Positions 1 to 9,450 of a stretch of DNA of 64,000 nt are shown in pieces. Below the pieces are notes generated by a model, which worked only from the letters and a program-made list of their open reading frames with translations, was not told where the DNA came from and did not search any database. Position 1 is the stretch's first letter. The number at the start of each line of letters is the position of its first letter. This DNA is from the human T2T-CHM13v2.0 reference genome, Homo sapiens, in the NCBI RefSeq assembly GCF_009914755.1, contig NC_060928.1. One strand, 5' to 3'. Position numbers and translations under genes: made by a program.

Positions 1-51
1 AAACACTCTTTTTGTAATATTTGGAAGTGGACCTTTGCAGCGCTTTGAGGC

Positions 52-68
52 CTATGGTGAAAAAGGAA
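52..68 (+). other. pJalpha-type (A-box) motif, representative of A monomers (8 per 19-mer)
   Basis: CTATGGTGAAAAAGGAA at the position occupied by the CENP-B box in B monomers. Confidence 0.8.
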
Positions 69-392
69 ATATCTTCTCATAAAAACCAGAAACAAGCATT
101 CTCAGAAACTTCTTTTTGATGTGTGTACTCAAGTAACAGAGTTGAACCTTCCTTTTGACACAGCAGTTTTGAAACAATCTTTTTGTAGAATCTCCAAGTG
201 GATATTTGGATAGCTTTGAGTATTTCGTTGCAAACGGGATATCTTCATATAAAACCTAGACAGAAGCATTCTCAGAAACTTCTTTGTGCTGTATGTCCTC
301 AATTAACAGAGTTGAACCATTGCTTGGATACAGCATTTTGGAAACATTCCTTTAGTAGAATCTGCAAGTTGATATTTAGATAGATTTGAAGA

Positions 393-409
393 TTTCGTTG
401 GAAACGGGA
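393..409 (+). other. Intact CENP-B box in m18 of the diverged haplotype
   Basis: TTTCGTTGGAAACGGGA; the same site is degenerate (AAAAGGG) in the dominant haplotype. Confidence 0.9.
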
Positions 410-608
410 ATATCTTCATATAAAATCTAGACGGAAGCATTCTCAGAAACTGCTCTGTGATGTTTCCATTCAAGTCACAGAGTTGAATATTCTCTTTTAT
501 AGAGCACGTTTGAAACACTCTTTCTGCACTATCTGGAAGTGGACATTTCGAGCGCTTTGAGGCCTATGGTGAAAAAGGAAATATCTTCCCGTAAAAACTA
601 GACAGAAG

Positions 609-2990
609 CATTCTCAGAAACTTGTTTTTGATGTGTGTATTCAACTAACAGAGTTGAACTTTTGCTTTACAGAGCAGTTTTAAAACACTCTTTTTGTGGA
701 ATCAGAAAGTGGATATTCGGATGGCTCTGAGGATTTCGTTGGAAGCGGGATTACATATAAAATCTAGAGAGAAGCATTCTCAGGAACTTCTTTGTGATGT
801 TTGCATTGAAGTCACAGAATTGAACATTCACTTTTATAGAGCAGGTTTGAAACACTCATTCTGTAGTATCTGGAAGTGGACATTTCAAGCGCTTTCAGGC
901 CTATGGTGAGAAAGGAAATACCTTCAAATAAAAACTAGACAGAAGCATCCTCAGAAACTTATTTGTGATGTGTGTCCTCAACTAACAGAGTTGAACCTTT
1001 GTTTTGATACAGCATTTTGGAAACACTCCTTTTGTAGAATCTGCAGGTGGATATTTGGATAGCTTTGAAGATTTCGTTGGAAACCGGAATATCTTCATAT
1101 ACAATCAAGACAGAAGCATTCTCGGAAACATCTCTGTGATGTTTGCATTCATCCCAGTAGAGTTTAACACTTCCTTTCATAGAGCAGGATTGAAACACTC
1201 TTTCTGCACTACCTGGAAGCGGACATTTCGGGCGCTTTGAGGCCTATGGTGAAAAAGGAAATATCTTCTCATAAAAACCAGAAAGAAGCATTCTCAGAAA
1301 TTTCTTTGTGTTGTGTGTACTCAAGTAACAGTGTTGAACCTTCCTTTTGACAGAGCAGTTTTGAAACACTCTTTTGGTAGAATCTGCAAGTGGATATTTG
1401 GAGCGCTTTGAGGATTTCGTTGGAAACGGGTTATCTTCATATAAAATCCAGACAGGAGCATTCTCAGAAACTTCTTTGTGCTGTATGTCCTCAATTCACA
1501 GAGCTGAACCTTTGTTTGGATACAGCATTTTGGAGACATTCCTTTAGTAGAATCTGCAAGTTGATATTTAGATAGCTTTGAAGATTTCGTTGGAAACGGG
1601 AATATCTTCATAAAAAATCTAGACGGAAGCATTCTCAGAAACTGCTTTGTGATGTTTGCATTCAAGTCACAGAGTTGAATATTCCCTTTTATAGAGTAGG
1701 TTTGAAACACTCTTTCGGCACTACCTGGAAGTGGATATTTCTAGCTCTTTGAGGCCTATGTTTAAAAGGAAATATCTTCCCATAAAAACTAGACAGATGC
1801 CGTCTCAGAAACTTGTTTGTGATGTGTGTATTCAACTAACAGAGTTGAACATTTCTGTTACAGAGCAATTTTAAAACACTCTTTTTGTGGAATCTGAAAG
1901 TGGATAATTGGATAGCTTTGTGGATTTCGTTGGAAACGGGATGACGTATAAAATCTAGAGAGAAGCATTCTCAGGAACTTCTTTCTGATGTTTGCATTCA
2001 AGTCACAGAATTGAACATTCCTTTTCATAGTGCAGGTTTGAAACACTCTTTCTGTAGTATCTGGAAGTGGACATTTCAAGCGCTTTCAGGCCTACGGGGA
2101 GAAAGGAAATATCTTCAAATAAAAACTAGACAGAAGGATTCTCAGAAACTTATTTGTGATGTGTGTCCTAAACGAACACAGTTGAACCTTTGTTTTGATA
2201 CAGCATTTTGGAAACACTCCTTTTGTAGGATCTGCAGGTGGATATTTGGATAGATTTTAAGATTTCGTTGGAAACGGGAGTTTCTTCATAGAAACTCAAG
2301 ACAGATGCATTCTCAGAAACATCTCTGTGATGTTTGCATTCCACTCATAGAGTTGAAAACTTCCTTTCATAGAGCAGGTTTGAAACACTCTTTTTGTAAT
2401 ATTTGGAAGTGGACATTTGCAGCGCTTTGAGGCCTATGGTGAAAAAGGAAATATCTTCTTATAAAAACCAGAAACAAGCATTCTCAGAAACTTCTTTTTG
2501 ATGTGTGTACTCAAGTAACAGAGTTGAACCTTCCTTTTGACACAGCAGTTTTGAAACAATCTTTTTGTAGAATCTGCAAGTGGATATTTGGATAGCTTTG
2601 AGGATTTCGTTGGAAACGGGATATCTTCATATAAAATCTAGACAGAAGCATTCTCAGAAACTTCTTTGTGCTGTATGTCCTCAATTAACAGAGTTGAACC
2701 ATTGCTTGGATACAGCATTTTGGAAACATTCCTGGAGTAGAATCTGCAAGTTGATATTTAGATAGATTTGAAGATTTCGTTGGAAAAGGGAATATCTCCA
2801 TATAAAATCTAGAGGGAAGCATTCTCAGAAACTGCTTTGTGATGTTTCCATTCAAGTCACAGAGTTGAATATTCCCTTTTATAGAGCACGTTTGAAACAC
2901 TCTTTCTGCACTATCTGGAAGTGGACATTTCGAGCGCTTTGAGGCCTATGGTGAAAAAGGAAATATCTTCCCATAAAAACTAGACAGAAG
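609..2990 (+). repeat. 14-mer HOR variant (2382 bp; lacks 5 monomers relative to the 19-mer)
   Basis: m1 starts at 609 and 2991; m2 is followed by an m3/m8-like monomer, then m9. Confidence 0.92.
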
Positions 2991-3116
2991 CATTCTCAGA
3001 AACTTGTTTGTGATGTGTGTATTCAACTAACAGAGTTGAACTTTTGTTTTTACAGAGCCGTTTTAAAACACTCTTTTTGTGGAATCAGAAAGTGGATATT
3101 CGGATGGCTCTGAGGA

Positions 3117-3133
3117 TTTCGTTGGAAGCGGGA
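3117..3133 (+). other. CENP-B box (m1), representative; other intact boxes of this unit start at 3625, 3966, 4647, 4817, 5157, 5495, 5837
   Basis: TTTCGTTGGAAGCGGGA matches the core nTTCGnnnnAnnCGGGn; 8 intact boxes per typical 19-mer. Confidence 0.92.
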
Positions 3134-3454
3134 TTACATATAAAATCTAGAGAGAAGCATTCTCAGGAACTTCTTTGTGATGTTTGCATTGAAGTCACAG
3201 AATTGAACATTCACTTTGATAGAGCAGGTTTGAAACACTCATTCTGTAGTATCTGGAAGTGGACATTTCAAGCGCTTTCAGGCCTATGGTGAGAAAGGAA
3301 ATATCTTCGAATAAAAACTAGACAGAAGCATCCTCAGAAACTTATTTGTGATGTGTGTCCTCAACTAACAGAGTTGAAACTTTGTTTTGATACAGCATTT
3401 TGGAAACACTCTTTTTGTAGAATCTGCAGGTGGATATTTGGATAGCTTAGAGGG

Positions 3455-3471
3455 ATTCGTTGGAAAGGGGA
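3455..3471 (+). other. Degenerate CENP-B box (m3)
   Basis: ATTCGTTGGAAAGGGGA lacks the core CGGG. Confidence 0.85.
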
Positions 3472-4303
3472 TATCTTCATATAAAATCTAGACAGAAGCA
3501 TTCTCAGAAACTTATTTGTGATGTGTGTCCTCAACTAACAGAGTTGAACCTTGGTTTTGATACAGCATTTTGGAAACACTCCTTTTGTAGAATCTGCAGG
3601 TGGATATGTGGATAGCTCTGAAGATTTCGTTGGAAACGGGAATTTCTTCATATAAAATCAAACAGAAGCATTCTCAGAAACTTCTCAGTGATGTTTGCAT
3701 TCAGCTCATGGAGTTGAACACTTCCTTTCATAGAGCCGGTTTGAAACACTCTTTCTGCACTACCTGGAAGAGGACATTTCGAGCGCTTTGAGTCCTATGG
3801 TGAAAAAGGAAATATCTTCTCATAAAAACCAGAAAGAAGCATTCTCAGAAACTTCTTTGTGTTGTGTGTACTCATGTAACAGTGTTGAACCATCCTTTTG
3901 ACAGAGCAGTTTTGAAACACTCTTTTTGTAGAATCTGCAAGTGGATATTTGGATAGCTTTGAGGATTTCGTTGGAAACGGGATGACATATAATATCTAGA
4001 GAGAAGCATACTCAGGAACTTCTTTGTGATGTTTGCATTCAAGTCACAGAATTGAACATTCCCTTTCATAGAGCAGGTTTGAAACACTCTTTCTCTAGTA
4101 TCTGGAAGTGGGCATTTCAAGCGCTTTCAGGCCTATGGAGAGAAAGGAAATACCTTCAAATAAAAACTAGACAGAAGCATTCTCAGAAACTTATTTGTGA
4201 TGTGTGTCCTCAACTAACAGAGTTGAACCTTTGTTTTGATACAGCATTTTGGAAACACTCCTTTTGTAGAATCTGCAGGTGGATATTTGGATAACTTTGA
4301 AGA

Positions 4304-4320
4304 TTTCGTTGGAAACCGGA
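4304..4320 (+). other. Degenerate CENP-B box (m8)
   Basis: TTTCGTTGGAAACCGGA has CCGG instead of CGGG. Confidence 0.85.
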
Positions 4321-6006
4321 ATATCTTCATATAAAATCAAGACAGAAGCATTCTCGGAAACATCTCTGTGATGTTTGCATTCAACTCAGTAGAGTTGAAC
4401 ACTTCCTTTCATAGAGCAGGTTTGAAACACTCTTTCTGCACTACCTGGAAGCGGACATTTCGAGCGCTTTGAGGCCTATGGTGAAAAAGGAAATAGCTTC
4501 TCATAAAAACCAGAAAGAAGCATTCTCAGAAACTTCTTTGTGTTGTGTGTACTCAAGTAACAGTGTTGAACCTTCCTTTTGACACAGCAGTTTTGAAACA
4601 CTCTTTTGGTAGAATCTGCAAGTGGATATTTGGATAGCTTTGAGGATTTCGTTGGAAACGGGTTATCTTCATATAAAATCCAGACAGGAGCATTCTCAGA
4701 AACTTCTTTGTGCTGCATGTCCTCAATTCACAGAGCTGAACCTTTGTTTGGATACAGCATTTTGGAAACATTCCTTTAGTAGAATCTGCAAGTTGATATT
4801 TAGATAGCTTTGAAGATTTCGTTGGAAACGGGAATATCTTCATAGAAAATCTAGACGGAAGCATTCTCAGAAACTGCTTTGTGATGTTTGCATTCAAGTC
4901 ACAGAGTTGAATATTCCCTTTTATAGAGTAGGTTTGAAACACTCTTTTGGCACTACCTGGAAGTGGATATTTCGAGCTCTTTGAGGCCTATGGTTAAAAG
5001 GAAATATCTTCCCATAAAAACTAGACAGAAGCCGTCTCAGAAACTTGTTTGTGATGTGTGTATTCAACTAACAGAGTTGAACATTTCTGTTACAGAGCAA
5101 TTTTAAAACACTCTTTTTGTGGAATCTGAAAGTGGATAATTGGATAGCTTTGTGGATTTCGTTGGAAACGGGATGACGTATAAAATCTAGAGAGAAGCAT
5201 TCTCAGGAACTTCTTTGTGATGTTTGCATTCAAGTCACAGAATTGAACATTCCCTTTCATAGAGCAGGTTTGAAACACTCTTTCTCTAGTATCTGGAAGT
5301 GGGCATTTCAAGCGCTTTCAGGCCTATGGAGAGAAAGGAAATACCTTCAAATAAAAACTAGACAGAAGCATTCTCAGAAACTTATTTGTGATGTGTGTCC
5401 TCAACTAACAGAGTTGAACCTTTGTTTTGATACAGCATTTTGGAAACACTCCTTTTGTAGGATCTGCAGGTGGATATTTGGATAGATTTTAAGATTTCGT
5501 TGGAAACGGGAGTTTCTTCATAGAAACTCAAGACAGATGCATTCTCAGAAACATCTCTGTGATGTTTGCATTCCACTCATAGAGTTGAAAACTTCCTTTC
5601 ATAGAGCAGGTTTGAAACACTCTTTTTGTAATATTTGGAAGTGGACATTTGCAGCGCTTTGAGGCCTATGGTGAAAAAGGAAATATCTTCTCATAAAAAC
5701 CAGAAACAAGCATTCTCAGAAACTTCTTTTTGATGTGTGTACTCAAGTAACAGAGTTGAACCTTCCTTTTGACACAGCAGTTTTGAAACAATCTTTTTGT
5801 AGAATCTGCAAGTGGATATTTGGATAGCTTTGAGGATTTCGTTGGAAACGGGATATCTTCATATAAAATCTAGACAGAAGCATTCTCAGAAACTTCTTTG
5901 TGCTGTATGTCCTCAATTAACAGAGTTGAACCATTGCTTGGATACAGCATTTTGGAAACATTCCTTGAGTAGAATCTGCAAGTTGATATTTAGATAGATT
6001 TGAAGA

Positions 6007-6023
6007 TTTCGTTGGAAAAGGGA
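6007..6023 (+). other. Degenerate CENP-B box (m18)
   Basis: TTTCGTTGGAAAAGGGA has AGGG instead of CGGG. Confidence 0.85.
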
Positions 6024-6222
6024 ATATCTCCATATAAAATCTAGAGGGAAGCATTCTCAGAAACTGCTTTGTGATGTTTCCATTCAAGTCACAGAGTTGA
6101 ATATTCCCTTTTATAGAGCACGTTTGAAACACTCTTTCTGCACTATCTGGAAGTGGACATTTCGAGCGCTTTGAGGCCTATGGTGAAAAAGGAAATATCT
6201 TCCCATAATAACTAGACAGAAG

Positions 6223-9200
6223 CATTCTCAGAAACTTGTTTGTGATGTGTGTATTCAACTAACAGAGTTGAACTTTTGTTTTTACAGAGCCGTTTTAAAA
6301 CACTCTTTTTGTGGAATCAGAAAGTGGATATTCGGATGGCTCTGAGGATTTCGTTGGAAGCGGGATTACATATAAAATCTAGAGAGAAGCATTCTCAGGA
6401 ACTTCTTTGTGATGTTTGCATTGAAGTCACAGAATTGAACATTCACTTTGATAGAGCAGGTTTGAAACACTCATTCTGTAGTATCTGGAACTGGACATTT
6501 CAAGCGCTTTCAGGCCTATGGTGAGAAAGGAAATATCTTCGAATAAAAACTAGACAGAAGCATCCTCAGAAACTTATTTGTGATGTGTGTCCTCAACTAA
6601 CAGAGTTGAAACTTTGTTTTGATACAGCATTTTGGAAACACTCTTTTTGTAGAATCTGCAGGTGGATATTTGGATAGCTTAGAGGGATTCGTTGGAAAGG
6701 GGATATCTTCATATAAAATCTAGACAGAAGCATTCTCAGAAACTTATTTGTGATGTGTGTCCTCAACTAACAGAGTTGAACCTTGGTTTTGATACAGCAT
6801 TTTGGAAACACTCCTTTTGTAGAATCTGCAGGTGGATATGTGGATAGCTCTGAAGATTTCGTTGGAAACGGGAATTTCTTCATATAAAATCAAACAGAAG
6901 CATTCTCAGAAACTTCTCAGTGATGTTTGCATTCAGCTCATGGAGTTGAACACTTCCTTTCATAGAGCCGGTTTGAAACACTCTTTCTGCACTACCTGGA
7001 AGAGGACATTTCGAGCGCTTTGAGTCCTATGGTGAAAAAGGAAATATCTTCTCATAAAAACCAGAAAGAAGCATTCTCAGAAACTACTTTGTGTTGTGTG
7101 TACTCATGTAACAGTGTTGAACCATCCTTTTGACAGAGCAGTTTTGAAACACTCTTTTTGTAGAATCTGCAAGTGGATATTTGGATAGCTTTGAGGATTT
7201 CGTTGGAAACGGGATGACATATAATCTCTAGAGAGAAGCATACTCAGGAACTTCTTTGTGATGTTTGCATTCAAGTCACAGAATTGAACATTCCCTTTCA
7301 TAGAGCAGGTTTGAAACACTCTTTCTCTAGTATCTGGAAGTGGGCATTTCAAGCGCTTTCAGGCCTATGGAGAGAAAGGAAATACCTTCAAATAAAAACT
7401 AGACAGAAGCATTCTCAGAAACTTATTTGTGATGTGTGTCCTCAACTAACAGAGTTGAACCTTTGTTTTGATACAGCATTTTGGAAACACTCCTTTTGTA
7501 GAATCTGCAGGTGGATATTTGGACAACTTTGAAGATTTCGTTGGAAACCGGAATATCTTCATATAAAATCAAGACAGAAGCATTCTCGGAAACATCTCTG
7601 TGATGTTTGCATTCAACTCAGTAGAGTTGAACACTTCCTTTCATAGAGCCGGTTTGAAACACTCTTTCTGCACTACCTGGAAGCGGACATTTCGAGCGCT
7701 TTGAGGCCTATGGTGAAAAAGGAAATATCTTCTCATAAAAACCAGAAAGAAGCATTCTCAGAAACTTCTTTGTGTTGTGTGTACTCAAGTAACAGTGTTG
7801 AACCTTCCTTTTGACACAGCAGTTTTGAAACACTCTTTTGGTAGAATCTGCAAGTGGATATTTGGATAGCTTTGAGGATTTCGTTGGAAACGGGTTATCT
7901 TCATATAAAATCCAGACAGGAGCATTCTCAGAAACTTCTTTGTGCTGCATGTCCTCAATTCACAGAGCTGAACCTTTGTTTGGATACAGCATTTTGGAAA
8001 CATTCCTTTAGTAGAATCTGCAAGTTGATATTTAGATAGCTTTGAAGATTTCGTTGGAAACGGGAATATCTTCATAGAAAATCTAGACGGAAGCATTCTC
8101 AGAAACTGCTTTGTGATGTTTGCATTCAAGTCACAGAGTTGAATATTCCCTTTTATAGAGTAGGTTTGAAACACTCTTTCGGCACTACCTGGAAGTGGAT
8201 ATTTCGAGCTCTTTGAGGCCTATGGTTAAAAGGAAATATCTTCCCATAAAAACTAGACAGAAGCCGTCTCAGAAACTTGTTTGTGATGTGTGTATTCAAC
8301 TAACAGAGTTGAACATTTCTGTTACAGAGCAATTTTAAAACACTCTTTTTGTGGAATCTGAAAGTGGATAATTGGATAGCTTTGTGGATTTCGTTGGAAA
8401 CGGGATGACATATAAAATCTAGAGAGAAGCATTCTCAGGAACTTCTTTCTGATGTTTGCATTCAAGTCACAGAATTGAACATTCCTTTTCATAGTGCAGG
8501 TTTGAAACACTCTTTCTGTAGTATCTGGAAGTGGACATTTCAAGCGCTTTCAGGCCTACGGGGAGAAAGGAAATATCTTCAAATAAAAACTAGACAGAAG
8601 GATGCTCAGAAACTTATTTGTGATGTGTGTCCTAAACGAACACAGTTGAACCTTTGTTTTGATACAGCATTTTGGAAACACTCCTTTTGTAGGATCTGCA
8701 CGTGGATATTTGGATAGATTTTAAGATTTCGTTGGAAACGGGAGTTTCTTCATAGAAACTCAAGACAGATGCATTCTCAGAAACATCTCTGTGATGTTTG
8801 CATTCCACTCATAGAGTTGAAAACTTCCTTTCATAGAGCAGGTTTGAAACACTCTTTTTGTAATATTTGGAAGTGGACATTTGCAGCACTTTGAGGCCTA
8901 TGGTGAAAAAGGAAATATCTTCTCATAAAAACCAGAAACAAGCATTCTCAGAAACTTCTTTTTGATGTGTGTACTCAAGTAACAGAGTTGAACCTTCCTT
9001 TTGACACAGCAGTTTTGAAACAATCTTTTTGTAGAATCTGCAAGTGGATATTTGGATAGCTTTGAGGATTTCGTTGGAAACGGGATATCTTCATATAAAA
9101 TCTAGACAGAAGCATTCTCAGAAACTTCTTTGTGCTGTATGCCCTCAATTAACAGAGTTGAACCATTGGATACAGCATTTTGGAAACATTCCTTGAGTAG

Positions 9201-9450
9201 AATCTGCAAGTTGATATTTAGATAGATTTGAAGATTTCATTGGAAAAGGGAATATCTCCATATAAAATCTAGAGGGAAGCATTCTCAGAAACTGCTTTGT
9301 GATGTTTCCATTCAAGTCACAGAGTTGAATATTCCCTTTTATAGAGCACGTTTGAAACACTCTTTCTGCACTATCTGGAAGTGGACATTTCGAGCGCTTT
9401 GAGGCCTATGGTGAAAAAGGAAATATCTTCCCATAAAAACTAGACAGAAG
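6223..9450 (+). repeat. 19-mer HOR (3228 bp; 4-bp deletion in m18)
   Basis: Marker ORF spacing 6249 to 9477; CCATTGGATAC at 9163. Confidence 0.95.

Larger units (their letters stand above)
1..608 (+). repeat. Partial HOR (end of m16, m17-m19), diverged haplotype
   Basis: Same monomers as 5540-6222 but with SNVs shared with 29.8-30.2 kb (GTTGCAAACGGG, AAACCTAGAC, ATTCTCTTTTATAG). Confidence 0.9.
2991..6222 (+). repeat. 19-mer HOR (3232 bp) carrying the m14-m15 conversion tract
   Basis: Monomer starts 2991, 3158, 3329, 3499, 3669, 3840, 4007, 4178, 4349, 4521, 4691, 4862, 5032, 5198, 5369, 5540, 5711, 5881, 6052. Type order is BABBABABABBABABABBA. Confidence 0.95.
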
